A stretch of 64,000 nucleotides of DNA from the human T2T-CHM13v2.0 reference genome, Homo sapiens, in the NCBI RefSeq assembly GCF_009914755.1, contig NC_060928.1, one strand, 5' to 3'. The notes under the pieces are model-generated. The model ran no database searches, had not been told where the DNA came from, and saw only the letters and a list, made by a program, of their open reading frames with translations. This document shows, in pieces, positions 42,143 to 62,587 of this stretch. Both the position numbers and the translations under genes were made by a program. Each line of letters opens with the position of its first letter. Position 1 is the first letter of the stretch.

Positions 42143-43190
42143 GTACTTCACCCAATTTTTAATAGGATTATTTGTCTTTCTGTTGTTGAGTTGTGAGGGT
42201 TCTTTATGTATTTTGGATATTATACCCTATATAAATATATGAGTTGCAAATATTTTCTCATATTATGTAGGTTGTCTTTTCACTTTCTTGATACTGTCCT
42301 TTAATGTACAAATGTTTCCATTTTTGAATAAGTCCAATTTACCTATTTTTTCTTTGGTTGCTTGTGTTTGTGGTGTCATATCTAAGACTTTCAAATCCAA
42401 GGTCATGAATGTTTATTTCTGTTTTATCTAAGAGTTTATAGGTTTAGCTCTTACACTTAGGTCTTTGTTTCATTTTTGCTTAACTTTTGTATGTTGTATG
42501 AAAAATGCTTCAATTTCATTCTTTTGCTTGAGAGTATCAAATTGTCCCAACACCAAATAGCCTCTTCTTAAAGAGACTACTTTTTCCCATTGAATTTTCT
42601 TGGCACCCTGGTCAAAAATCAATTGAGCAGGTATTGGTTTGTTCAAAGATTCTCAATTCTATTTCATTGGTCTATATGTCTGTCCTTATGTCAATACCAT
42701 ACTCTTTTGATTACTGTAGCTTTGTAGTAAGTTTTGAAATTAACAAATGAAGTTCTGTAAGTTTATTCTTCCTTCTCAAGATTGTTTTGGCTATTTGAAA
42801 TCCCTTGCAATTCCATATGAATTTTAGAATAAGCTCTTCTATTTCTGCAAAAAATAGGTCACTGAAAGTCTGAAATGGATTATGTAAATCTGTATGTTGT
42901 TTTAGAAAATATTACTATTTTAACTATATTAAGTCTGCAAATCAATGAACACAATATATTTTTCCATTTATTTAGTCCTCTTTAATATCTTTAAGCAGTG
43001 TTTTTTAGTTGCCAATGCACAAGTCTTGTAACTTTGCAGTTAAATATATTCCTTCTATTTCATTCTTTTGGGCTATTATAAATGGAATTGTTTTCTTAAT
43101 TTCCTTTTTGGATTGTTCATTGCTAGTATATAGAATTACAACTTTTTTTTGTATGTTGAACTAATGTCTTGCAACTTTGCTGAATTAATT
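42143..43190 (-). mobile_element. L1MB-type continuation (right part)
   Basis: ttatttgtctttctgttgttgagttgtgagggttc...ttttgattactgtagctttgtagtaagttttgaaat...ttgcaactttgctgaatt. Confidence 0.85.
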
Positions 43191-44439
43191 TCATGAATCA
43201 ATTTTTTATATTATAGTAACTAATCAAACACACAGTAAAGAATGGCTTAATAATTTGGGTTCAGTAGGCTAGTAGAAAAAAAAACTACTATATTTAAAAA
43301 AAAGAAATATTTTCTTATATTTTCATTTAAATTAATATTATATCTGTCACCATATATCTCTTTCACACAATAAAACTGTATTTAAGACAAACTCTCTGGC
43401 TGTGACCAAAATAATCATAATGTACACTGGCTTTCAGAATGACTATTTTTTATGTCAACAAAACATTGTTTGTCTGGTGGATAAATAATAAAGCCGCCAG
43501 ACCAAACTTACGAATCATTGAAGAATTTTTTTTTAAAAAAACCTAGGAGTTAAGCAAAATATATTTGAATTAAAAGGAACAGTTTTAAAAATATATAAAG
43601 GCCTATTTTAACACTCTAAAACTTGCAGATATTTCTTGTGCAAAAAAAAGCACTTTGGTGCATGTCAGGCTGTATGCCTTCTCTGCTGATCTACTAGCAG
43701 AAACTTTATAGTATTTACACACAAGCTAAAACCAGAGCACCAGAAAATCTACCACTACAAAGAAAACAAATACATGAAATTTAGGTCCTAAAGGGTTAAG
43801 AAAATTTGATCAATAAGCAAAGATTATTTATAAAACATTTAAAATCTTAGCGATAAGAGAGAAATGGCCAAGTCACAGAAAGAATCTAGCTTGGAGCTAA
43901 TTTTATGATTTAGAAAGGGTGGAAATGAGAATTTAATTCTCTAGCAATAAAGAAAAAGAATGAAGGCAGAAATAGATTGCTTCAGGGATAAGACTGATCA
44001 CAAAGAAAAACTGAAGGAGCTAGATGGTTAATGGCCAAATACAGGAGACAAAAACCTGAGTAGAACCAGATTTCAAATTAAGAGCTTCATAAACACAGTA
44101 AGCGATGTATAGGGAGCTTAAACCACATAATTGTGAACATATAACATACCTTATTATAACACTGGTAGTACCTGATGTCCCTACACAGTAGTGTGAAGTA
44201 ACTACGTAAAACACTTTAGTAGAGAAACGAAAGTAAAAAAGATGAAGTTTACGGCAAAAATGGCATGTTGTTTAAAATAACTTTTTGTTAAGCCTAAGTT
44301 CCCTTTAATAGTAGTAGTAAGAGGTGAGAGGTTAGTTTTTTTGTTTGTTTGTTTTTTGTTTTGTTTTGTTTTTTGGTGTTGCTATAAGCTGTTTTATCAT
44401 GCCGATCTACTAGTGCTTGAAAGTACCATAAAAGTATGG

Positions 44440-47048
44440 TATAAACACCTCTATGTGAATAAACTAGAAAATCTAGAAGAAATGGATAAACTCCTGGACA
44501 TTTACACCCTCCCAAGACTAAACCAGGAAGAAGTCAAATCCCTCAATAGACCAATAACAAGTTCTGAAATTGAGGCAGTAATTAATAGCCTACCAACCAA
44601 GAAAAGCCCAGGAGCAGATGAATTTACAGCCAAATTCTACCAGAGGTACAAAGAGGAGCTGCTACCATTCCTTCTGAAACTATTCCAATCAATAGAAAAA
44701 GAGGGACTCCTTCCTAACTCATTTTATGAGGCCAGCATCATCCTGATACCAAAACCTGGCAGAGACACAACAATAAAAGAAAATTTCAGGCCTATATCCC
44801 TGATGAACAGCAAAATCCTCAATAAAATACTGGCAAACCGAATCCAGCAGCACATCAAAAAGCTTATCCACCAGGATCAAGTCAGCTTCATCCCTGGGAT
44901 GCAAGCCTAGTTCAACATATGCAAATCAATAAGAGTAATCCATCACATAAACAGAACCAATGACAAAAACCACATGATTATCTCAATAGATGGGAACATT
45001 CCCTTTGAAAACTGGCACAAGAAAAGGATGCCCTCTTTTGCCACTCCTATTCAACATAGTATTGGAAGTTCTGGCCAGGGCAATCAGGAAAGAGAGAGAA
45101 ATAAACGGTATTCAAATTGGAGGAGAGGAAGTCAGATTGTCTCTGTTTGCATATGACATGATTGTATTTTTAGAAAACCCCATTGTCTCGGCCCAAAATC
45201 TCCTTAAGCTGATAAGCAATTTCAGCAGTCTCAGGATACAAAATTAATGTGCAAAAATCACAAGCATTCCTATACACCAATAATAGACAGAGAGCCAAAT
45301 CATGAGTGAACTCCCATTCACAATTGCTGCAAAGACAATAAAATACCTAGGAATACAACTTACAAGGGATGTGTAGGACCTCTTCAAGGAGAACTACAAA
45401 TCACTGCTCAAGGAAGTAAGGCAGGACACAAACAAATGGAAGAACATTCCATGCTCATGGATAGGAAGAATCAATATCATGAAAATGGCCATACTGCCCA
45501 AAGTAATTTATAGATTCAATGATATCTCCATCAAGCAACCCTTGACGTTCTTCACAGAATTGGAAAAAACTGCTTTAAATGTCATATGGAACCAAAAAAG
45601 AGCCTGAATAGCCAAGACAATCCCAAGCAAAAAGAACAAAGCTGAAGACATCAAGTTACCTGACTTCAAACTATACTACAAAGCTACAGTAATAAAAACA
45701 GCATGATACTAGAACCAAAACATATATACATACCAATGGAACAGAACAGAGGCCTCAGAAATAATGCCACACATCTACAACCATCTGAGCTTTGACAAAC
45801 CTGACAAAAACAAGAAATGGGGAAAGGATTCCCTATTTAATAAATGGTGTCAGGAAAACTAGCTAGCCATTCACAGAAAATTGAAACTGGTCCCCTTTTT
45901 TACACCTTATACAAAAATTAACTCAGGATGGTTAAAGACTTAAATGTAGGACCTAAAACCATAAAATCCCTAGAAGAAAACCTAGGCAATACCATTCAGG
46001 ACATAGGCATGGGCAAGGACTTCATGACCAAAACACCAAAAGCAATGGCAACAAAAACCAAAATTGACAAATGGGATCTAATTAAACTAAAGATCTTCTG
46101 CACAGCAAAAGAAACTGTCATCAGTGTGAACAGGCAACCTACAGAATGGGAAAAAATTTTTGCAATCTATCCATCTGACAAAGGGCTAATATCCAGAATC
46201 TACAAGGAACTTAAACAATTTTACAAGAAAAAAACAAACCACCCCATCAAAAAGTGGATGAAGGATATGAACAGACACTTCTCAAAAGAAGACATTTATG
46301 TGGCCAACAAACATGAAAAAAAGCTCACCATCACAGGTCATTACAGAAATGCAAATCAAAACTACAATGAGGTACCATCTCACGCCAGTTAGAATGGTGA
46401 TCATTAAAAAGTCAGGAAACAACAGATGCTGGAGAGGATGTGGAAAAATAGGAACACTTTTACCCTGTTGGTGGGAATATAAATTAGTTCAACCATTGTG
46501 GAAGACAGTGTGGCAATTCCTCAAGGATCTAGAACTAGAAATACCATTTGACCCAGCAAACCCATTACTGGGTATATACCCAAAGGATTATAAATCATAC
46601 TACAATAAAGACACAAGCACATGTATGTTTACTACAGCACTATTCACAATAGCAAAGACTTGGAACCAATCCAAATGCTCATCAATGATATACTGGATAA
46701 ATAATACGTCACCATAAAAAAGGATAAGTTCATGTCCTTTGCAGGGACGTAGCTGAAGCTGGAAACCATCATTCTCAGCAAACTATCACAGGAACAGAAA
46801 ACCAAACACCGCAAGTTCTCACTCAGAAGTGGGAGTTGAACAATGAGAACACAAGGACACAGGGAGGGGAACATTACACACCAGGGCCTGTTGGGAGGTG
46901 GGGGCCTAGGGGAGGGATAGCATTAGAAGAAATACCTAATGTAGATGATGGGTTGATGAGTGCAGCAAACTACCATGCCACGTGATACCTATGTAACAAA
47001 CCTGCACGTTCTGCACATGTATCCCAGAAAGTAAAGTATAAAAAAAAA
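44440..47048 (+). mobile_element. 5'-truncated L1PA (PA6/7-like)
   Basis: ORF2 pieces 44341-44910, 44990-45247, 45928-46392 and 46298-46717. 3'UTR and A tail at ~47040. Internal deletion at ~44992. Confidence 0.95.
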
Positions 47049-47373
47049 GAAAGTTCAGGTCAACATCCACCAATGTAGAAAATCATTTAGCACTCAAAAT
47101 TTCAGAGGACATTTATACATAGAGGTGAACTCTGCCTCCAGCACAGTCAACATGGGAATAGATTGGTTATCTTAAAACTAAAAATTTAAATTAGTGGATG
47201 ATTATTTCTTTCATGAAATGGTTTTTCATTTACAAAATTTTTAAATATGACATCCTTCTTCTAGTAATTGAAATGATCCCAATGTTAAAAAATTTTTCAT
47301 AGATTATTAAAACATCTTTTACTGTAAGGTGAGATAAACTCAGGAGGATATTCATTCTTCCATCTAGTGGACA

Positions 47374-47795
47374 TTGTAATGCAATCCTGAGGTTCCTTTC
47401 AATGAAGGACTTACAGCTTCAGCTGGTGGAGAGTGATGTTGACTGACAGCTTTGAACAGTCAGTGCTTTCAAAAGATTGACTCAACTGCAGAGAGCCACC
47501 TTGCACTATGTCACACACATTTGGGGATGGCCCACATCCAGTGACTGATCTATGCAAAGGTATAAAGGCCACCTATCTTAGCCCAATTCAGAGACAGACT
47601 CTGAAGGTCCAGTCTGTCTCCAGAGTGCCCCCTAGGATTGACTGAGCCTGCTGTTGAGTTTGGATTACTACTCAACTTCTGCTCAATCCTTCTTCCTCCC
47701 CCTCGGTTCTGAGTGTTGATCTCAAAGATTCTTAAAAACATTCTTCATGTTACACTGCATACCAGAGGCTATTTTCCAGAGAGCCCAACATAACA
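47374..47795 (+). mobile_element. ERVL solo LTR, LTR16-like
   Basis: ggatggcccacatccagtgactgatc..tataaaggcc..gcccaattcagagac..ggctattttccagagagcccaac. Confidence 0.65.
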
Positions 47796-48373
47796 TTATA
47801 GAAAATGCATCAGAGATACTAGAAGATTGAAGAAAAATGAAAAAAAAAAATGAAGGACTTAGGTATTATGGAGTATAGAATTAAGGTTCAAGCTAATTAA
47901 ATACAGTAGTTTAAAAAATGTATATGTATAATCTAAATGATATTCCTTTCAAATTTTTAAATTATATTACTGGAAGTAAAAAAGGTATTCCTTTTACCTC
48001 CTCCCATCTATAAGAAAATATAATTTATATACACTTTATTGTTGACAAATAAAATAAGAAATACTAATAAAATTGAAAAAAGGGAAAAAAGTGGAAAAAT
48101 GAAACAAGGAAAGGGCAAAATTCTATGATCATTTTGCTGTACCAGTTCATCCATGGTTCTTTTCAATATTCACTTCTGGTCCTGTTCTATATAGAGACTC
48201 TTTTTTCTTCTAATTTTACCAAATCGACATTGCCTACAGATTATTGTTGACATTGAATCACAAACATGTATTCTTGCCTCAGGAGCACATTGTAAAGTTT
48301 AAACATGGAATCCATTCTTATACAGCCTAAGTAGCTATATCTAAGTTTTAAGTTGTTTATGATTCATACATAT

Positions 48374-48742
48374 TGTAGTAGTTTTCCAGGACTGCCATAA
48401 CAAAGTACCACAAATTGGGTGGTGTCTTAAATGACAGAAATTTACTGTTTAGTAGTTCTGGTGGTTAGGAGTTGATCAAGATATAGACACGGTTGGTTAC
48501 TTTTGAGGGCTGTTAAGGAGAATCTGTTCCATCCTCTCTCCTAGCTTCTGGCATTTTCTGGCAGTCGTCAGTGTTTCTTGTCTTCAGGAACACTAAGACA
48601 CCCTGATCTCTGCCTTCATCTTCACTTGGTGTTGTCCATGTGTGTATGTTTCTGTATCCAAATTTCCCTTTTTATAAGGATGCAGTCATATTGGATTAGG
48701 ACCTACTCTAATGACCACATATTAACTTAATCATCTGCAAAC
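48374..48742 (-). mobile_element. MaLR LTR, MLT1C-like, partial
   Basis: ctgccataacaaagtaccacaaattgggtgg..gacagaaatttactg..ttttataaggatgcagtcatattggattagg. Confidence 0.8.
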
Positions 48743-49129
48743 ATATATGAAAATATTTTTTCATCTGTACAAGTTGCAAGAAGTTCTACTAACATACATA
48801 CATTGAGAATAGCCTAATATTTCCAATACCATGGCTATAATATTTATATATATATATATTTTTTTTCTGATGGGCTTCATCCAAATTGCTGTAATATTTA
48901 GCCTCAGCAAAAGAAAAGGGAAAACATCTTACTTTGTTGTGCAGCATTTCTTATGTTACCAATAACCTGGCATGAGAAAATTTAACTCAACAAATGAACA
49001 TACATTGACTGATTTACTGTAACATGCAAAATATTCTGCTATGTATTTTGGGTAATATGAAGATATATAAATGGAAGACTTTCCTTTTGAAAACTTTATA
49101 ATATTGTGTTTATATAAACACCAAGGATA

Positions 49130-50506
49130 AAAAAAAAAAACAGACACACAGACCAATGGAACAGAATAGAGAGCCCAGAAATAATGCCACACCTACAACT
49201 ATCTGATCTTTGACAAAGTTGAAAGAAACAAGTGATGGGGAAAGAACACCCTATTCAATAAATTGTGCTGGGACAACTGGCTAGCCATACGCAGAAGATT
49301 GAAACTGGATTCCTTTCTTATGCCATATACAAAAATCAACTCAAGATGGATTAAAGACTTAAATGTAAAACTCAAAACTATAAAAATTCTGGAAGATAAC
49401 CTTGGCAATATTCTGGACATAGGAAAGGGAAAACATTTCATGATGAAGACACCAAAAAGCAATCACAACAAAAGGAAAAATTGACAAATGGGATCTAATG
49501 AAACTTAGGAGCTTCTGCACAGCAAAGAAACTATCAAGAAAGTAAACAGACAACCCATAGAACAAAAAAAAAATTTGCAAACTATGCATGTGACAAAAGT
49601 CTAATATCCAGCATCAATAAGGAACTTAAACTAATATACAAGAAAAAAATAAACTTCATTTAAAAATAGCCAAAGGACACAAACAGACGCTTTTCAAAAG
49701 AAGACATATATATGGCCAACAAGCATATGAAGAAAAGCTCAACATCAATGATCATTAGAGAAATGTAAACCAAACCACAATAAGATACCATCTCATACCA
49801 GTCAGAATGGCTATTATTAAAAGTCAAAAAATAACAAATGCTGGCAAAGCTGCAGAGAAAGAGGAATGCTTATATACTGTTGGTGGGACTGTAAATTAGT
49901 TTGACTATGTGGAAAGTGGTGTGGTGATTCCTCAAAGAGCAAGAACAGAACTACCATTCAACCCAGCAATCCCATTACTGAGTATATAACCAAAGGAATA
50001 TAAATCATTCCACCATAAAGACACATGCATGTGAATGTTCATTGCAGCATTATTCACAATAGCAAAGACATGGAATCAACCTAAATGCCCATCAATGACA
50101 GATTGGATAAAGAAAATATAGTACATATACACCATGGGATACTATGCAGCCATAAAAAAGAATTGAATCATGTCTTCGCAGGAACATAGATGAAGCTGGA
50201 GGCCATTATCCTTAGCAAATCAATGCAGAAAAAGAAAACCAATTACCACATGTTCTCACTTGTAAGTGGGAGCTAAATCATGAGAACTCATGAACACAAA
50301 AAGAGGAACAACAGACATTAGGGCCTACTTTAGGGTGGAGGAGGGGAGGAGAGACAGGATCAGAAAACATAACTAGTGGGTACTCGGCTTAGTATCTGAG
50401 TGATGAAATAATCTGTACAACAGTCCTCCATAACACGAGTTTACCTATATAACAAACCCGCACATGTACCCCTGAGCCTAAAGAAAAGTATTTTTTAAAA
50501 AACAAA
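49130..50506 (+). mobile_element. 5'-truncated L1PA13-16-like element
   Basis: ORF2 C-terminal piece 49263-49484; 3'UTR gtgatgaaataatctgtacaac; TSD aaacaccaaggata (49116-49129) / aaacaccgaagata (50507-50520). Confidence 0.9.
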
Positions 50507-50730
50507 AAACACCGAAGATACGAAAGGCATTTATGTTCACTGTCTGCCGTTTCAGAAAAATGTTACATAGTTCTTCAGTTTGGCCCACATCTCATCACTG
50601 CAAAATGTATTTGTACCCTGACGGCTTAAAGTTGTAAAAATTCCTTGAATCTTGAAATTCTATGAATTTATACCATTAATTACATTGAGAAGGACAGTAA
50701 TAGAAAAAGCATTTATCAACTGTTAAATTT

Positions 50731-51141
50731 AAAAACTTTTATTGTGGTTTAAATAAAATAAAATAATAATCTATTTGCACAAAGCTTTAAATTGGTAAAC
50801 TACTGTGTTGTTCTAAGATCAACAGTTACATTTATTTGACACTCAGGAAAAATTATCCCGAGGTATCAACTTCATGACTTTAGCTGAGAGTGAAGTTTTA
50901 GGCATAGAATCTGGGTAAGTAACTTTCTGCTAAATAAAAACTTTTTTATTGTGGTTTAAATAAAATAAAATAATGATCTATTTGCACAAAGTTTTAAATT
51001 GTTAAACTTCTTTGTTGCTCTAAGACCAGCAGTTACATTTATTTGACACTCAAGAAAAATTATTCCAAGGTATCAGCGTCATGGCTTTAGCGGAGAGTGA
51101 AGTTTTAGGCATAGAATCTGGATAAGTAATTTTCTGCTAAA
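50731..51141. repeat. Tandem duplication, 2 x ~205 bp, of non-TE-looking sequence
   Basis: 50731-50935 vs 50936-51141: about 17 substitutions plus 1 indel by manual count. Confidence 0.95.
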
Positions 51142-51519
51142 AATTTGCTCTGTGACCCCTTACCAAAAAACATGCAATACATTATTATTCTTACATAAAA
51201 CACAGCATGATTAATGCTATGCTCAATTTGTTGTCTCACGATGGCTTAAAAAAGAATAATAATTTAGGCAAATAAGAACCACTCTCTAAGAAGACGGGCT
51301 TGTGTCATGTTCCACGTAATCCTATAGATTACACAGATCCTATTGACCTCTAAAGCAATCTACAAGATTAATTTTAAAATAAGATAATTTTTATTTTTGG
51401 AATAGTGTATGTTTTATAAATCATTTTGCTATCAGATTTAAGACATATTTAAACCCTGAGAAGATAAATTTCAGCATTGAACTTTATTTTTTTAGGTTTA
51501 CTAAGTGTCTCTGCTTGTA

Positions 51520-53833
<2,314 letters not shown>

Positions 53834-54372
53834 TCAGCACTGAACTCTTATCTCCTCTATGATATCATCCACTAAGAATGATGTTAAATACAACTTCAGA
53901 TCTTTTATTATTTGACTCTAGAGAAAATTATATATTTAAGTACCAAGGTAAAGTGGATATAGTTGATCATTTAGATCTACCTCACATGATGATAAACTTA
54001 TAATCTTCAGAGTATATATCATTCTGGATATCTACATTATCTAGATAGCTGAGCTGTAAATATTATCGACTAAAATATTTAATTGTTTTCAATGAATACA
54101 TTACTTAACTCTTTTAGGCATTTTACTGTTAATAGAAGATGTTTAATAAAATTTACCTAAAACAATAGTCATTGGTATATAACAGTTGTTTTTAAATAGA
54201 AAAATGTGTTTTTAGACACAGATGGATAATAGATTTCTTTTTTTTTTGAAGTAAATACATGTATTAGTTTGTTTCTGTGTAATATAATGTCACATTGTGT
54301 AAACTATGGGTTCAAATTCCAATTCTGTATCTGACACCATTTTCTTTTTTTTTTTTTTCGTTAATGCATGAC

Positions 54373-57312
<2,940 letters not shown>

Positions 57313-57799
57313 TCAGAGTTCATTTTAAGGGGAGCCCTGACTAAGATGTGCGTTCTGAGTTTTGTTTTCTTGATGTCAATTTGATTTTAATCTGTTGCCT
57401 CATTACAGAAGCTGCCTTATGAAAAAGCACGGGTTGTAATTGATATAACATGAGTTCATGGACGTTATTTTCTATGTGGCATTTCTTTTAATACTGTCCA
57501 GAATAACTTATTATTCACTGTGTTCAACATAATCATTCAAACTTTTGAACCCCTACAACTGAACATCATTGGCTCAAAGGTATTTCCCCAAACTTGCATC
57601 CTTTCTTCTCTATTAATTACCTTGCTTTCAACAGAGCATGAAGAAAACATACTCCCTATCTTCTCAATAATTAGGTAAAAAAATAAAGTTGGAGACAGCC
57701 TACTATAAATTCTACATATATACACATATACATATGTGTGTGCATGTGTGGGTGTGTTTGTATATATATGAGTAATTCTGTAGAAAAGACTACAAGATT

Positions 57800-58975
57800 T
57801 TTCATAGGGCAAAAGCTTCATGACATTGGATTGGGCAATGATTTATTGGATATGAAACCAAAGGCATAGACAACAAAAGAAAACAACAGACAAATTAGAT
57901 TTCATAAAAATTTTAAATGTATGCATCTAAAGACTGTATCAGAGTAAAAAGGCAACTAACAAGATGGGAGAAAATATTTGCAAATCATATATCTGATCAG
58001 GAATTAATATCCAGAATATACAAATAACTCCTAAAACTCAACAACAACAAAAAGCAACCTAGTTCATATATCCAATAAGGAATTAATATCTAGAATATAC
58101 AGAGAAGTAAAAAAATTCAACAACAAAAAACAAACAATCCAACTCAAAAATGGACAGAGGACTTAAATAGATTTCTCCAAAGAAGATATATGAATGACCA
58201 ATAAGCACATGAAAAGATAATTAACATCACTAATAATTAGAAAATGCAAATTAAGACTACAATGAAATAGCAGCTCACACCCAATAGTATGGCTACTATC
58301 AAAATAACCAGAAAATAACAAGTGTTGGCAAGGATGTGGAGAAATTGCAACCCTTGTGCACTGCTGGTGGAAATGCAAAATAGTCTAGCCACTGTGGATA
58401 ACAGTATGGCAGTTACTCAAATAATTAAAAATAAAATTACTATGTGATCCAGCAAATCCACCTCTGGGTATATATTCCAAAGAAAATATGGTCTCAAAGA
58501 GATATTTGTACAACCACGTACATAGCTGCATTATTCACAATAGCTAAAATGGGGAAGCAGCCCAAGTGTCCATTATGAATTTATGGATAAGCAAAATATG
58601 ATATATACATGCAATGGATAATTATTCTACCTTATAACAAAAGGAAAATCTGACATATTTCATGTCAGAATTGGTGAACTTTGAGGACGTTATTCTGTTT
58701 GATATAAGCCAGTCACAAAAGGACAAATAAATGTATGATTCCACTTATATGAAGTACCTAGAGTAGTCAGATTCATACAGACAGAAAGTAGAATGGTGGT
58801 TGCCAGGGGTTAAAGGTTGGATATAGACTTTCAGGGTTACAAAATAAGTTATAAAGATGGATGGAGGCTATGGTTGTACAGCATTATAAATGTCTTTAAT
58901 CCCACTGAAGTGTACACTTAAAATGGTTAAGATGGCAAATTTTATGTTGTATGTAACTTATATTAAAATTGTGAG
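57800..58975 (+). mobile_element. L1MB/L1MA-type 3' portion
   Basis: cttcatgacattggattgggcaatgattta...tacacttaaaatggttaagatggcaaattttatgtt. Confidence 0.85.
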
Positions 58976-59729
58976 TAAAAAATGACTCAAAAATTTTCTT
59001 AATATGTGACATTTATGAGATTCTAGGTACAACTAACTTTAAGGATTATACTTGACCTACACAAACAAATATGGTCAATCTCTATATATAATTTTTATAT
59101 AAATGGTCTACATTAAATGCCATTACAATTTCTTAGCATAGTTACATTTTCCATTTCTGGAGGTTTATTAGTAAATCCCATGCCAAATTTAGGGATACTC
59201 ATTGGGAAGGTCTGATTTTAAATAGTGGAAAATTTTACACATAAAATACACTTTCAGCAATCTTGGAGACATCTCAAAGAGGTAAGTAATCATTTTTCAG
59301 AACTGTTAATAGCTGTTGATTGGGAGAAATATACTATAGCAATATGCCATTAAAGCAAAACAAAACAAAACAAAAGTATCTTTAAAATCAGACATAGAAT
59401 TAGAAGTCACAAGGGAAGACCATTCAAATTTTAGTTCCTGTTTGCAATTTAGCTGCTTCTCACTTGGGGAACTCTAGATAACATGCCCTAGTGTGAGTAA
59501 GAGAATGGATTTATTTATATCACTGAAGTTAATTATAAACCAGGAAAATATAGGAAAAGTCTAACACTGTAACAGTAATGACATAAATCTTGATAGTGCC
59601 CACATAATGAGTCATCTTGCTCATGAAATCGCTTTTGTAATAACATTTAGTATTCTTAACATTAACACATTAAGCAAAGGCTAAATTGGTCAGTAACACT
59701 AACAGACCACAGACGACTTAAAATATTCC

Positions 59730-60648
59730 TATTCAATTCAGTAGCAAGAAAACAAATCCAATTAAAAAAACAGGCAAAGGACCTGCATAGATATTTCTCA
59801 AAATAAAGCATACAAATGGCCAACAAACATATGAAAAAAATGCTCACTATCATTAATCATTAGGGAAATTCAATTTTAAACCATAATGAGATATCATTTC
59901 ATACCTGTTAGAATGGCTATTATTAAAAAGATGAAAGACAACAAGTGTTGGTGAGGATAGAAAAAAGGGGACCCTTGCACACTGTTGGTGGGAGTGTTAA
60001 TAAGGACAATTATTATGGAAAACAGTATGGAGATTACTCAAAAAATTAAAAATAGAACTACCATATGACCCAGCAATCACACTAGTGGGTATATATCCAC
60101 AGAAAATGAAATCAGTATGTGGAAGAGATATCTGCACCCCCATGATTATTCCAGCATTATTCACAATAGCCAAGATAATGGAATTAGCCTAGGTATCCAT
60201 TAACAGATGAATGGATAAAGGAAATGGGTTATGTATACACAATGGAATACTACTCAGCCTTAGAAAAGAAGGAAATCTTATCATTTGCAACAACATGGAT
60301 GAACCTGAAAGATATTACATTAAGTGAAATAAACCAGGCACAGAAAGACAAATATCACATGATCTCACTTTATGTAGAATATTAAAAAGTCATACTCATA
60401 GAAACAAAGTAGAATGGTGGTTACCATGGGCTGCAAGAGAGAGGTTGGGAGATATGGTCAAAGGATCTAAAATTTCATATAGGTAGAAGGGATAAGTTCA
60501 AGAGATCAATTTGTATATGATAACTATAGCTAATAACAGTTTATTATATTCTTAAAAATCAAAGGTGAGTACACTCAAGTGTTTTCACCAAAAAAATATA
60601 AATATGTAAGGTAATGCATATGTACAATTTTATTTGTCAATTAAAAAC
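59730..60648 (+). mobile_element. L1MA-type 3' portion
   Basis: gaaatcagtatgtggaagagatatctgcacccccatg...ataagttcaagagatc...ttttatttgtcaattaaaa. Confidence 0.85.
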
Positions 60649-60669
60649 ATGAATGAATTTAATTTAAAA

Positions 60670-61340
<671 letters not shown>

Positions 61341-61562
61341 AACATATATAATATTCCTAGGGAATAAAACTGCTTCATCAAAATGAGTTGTGTAATTATC
61401 AAATAAGAGATGCATTTTCTAAAAAAAATTGAATGTCAAGTGATAGTGATAATTCAATTGAAAAAGATGAAAACAAACTAGCTGAAGCAAATAGGAGACT
61501 TACTGGAGGACATTACTGGAAAAGATCAATTGGTGGTAGAGGAAGGCTCCTGTCAGATATTT

Positions 61563-61670
61563 GTCTGTGTGTGTGTGTTTATTTGAGAGAGAGAAAGAGA
61601 GAAGGAGAGAGGGCCAGGCAGGCAGGCAGGAAGGAAGGAAGGGAGAAGGGAGGGAGGCTGAGAGAGAGAA
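61563..61670. repeat. Compound simple repeat (TG)/(GA)/(GGCA)/(GGAA)
   Basis: Directly visible. Confidence 0.85.
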
Positions 61671-61788
61671 AGGATGTGTTGAATAGCCAAAGCAATAGCT
61701 ATAACAAACTTTTACTTATGGAGCAAAAATATAATGGAAAATATAATAGAAATCAAATATAAACTGTAAATATATTTGAAATATCTAA

Positions 61789-62139
<351 letters not shown>

Positions 62140-62217
62140 TAAATGTATTTTAAAATACAGTAAAAAATAAAGGTCCACTCCAAACAACAAATAAATGTTG
62201 GAACATAATTTAAAGGC

Positions 62218-62587
62218 TGATACAGTTTGGCTGTGTCCCCACCCATATCTCTTCTTGAATTGTAACTCCCACAATTCCTACATGTAGTGGGAGGGACCCA
62301 GTGGGAGGTGATTGAATTATGGGGGCAGGTCTTTCCTGTGCTGTTCTTGTGATAGTGAATGAGTCTCATGAGATCTGATGGTTTTAAAAACGGGATTTTC
62401 CCTGCACAGGCTCTCTTTTTGCCTGCTGCTATCCATGTAAGATGTGACTTGCTCCTCCTTGCCCTCAGCCATGACTGTGAGGCCTCCCCAGCCAAGTGGA
62501 ACTGTGAGTCCAATTAAATCTCTTTCTTTTGTAAATTACCCACTCTTGGGTATATCTTTATCAGCAGTATGAAAATGGACTAATACA
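62218..62587 (+). mobile_element. THE1B-like MaLR solo LTR
   Basis: tgatacagtttggctgtgtccccaccca...tcatgagatctgatggtttta...aatggactaataca. TSD aaggc/aagac. Confidence 0.93.

Noticed and set aside
46892-46917. G-quadruplex-like G-tracts
   Set aside because: This is the standard G-rich tract of the L1 3'UTR and is not locus-specific.
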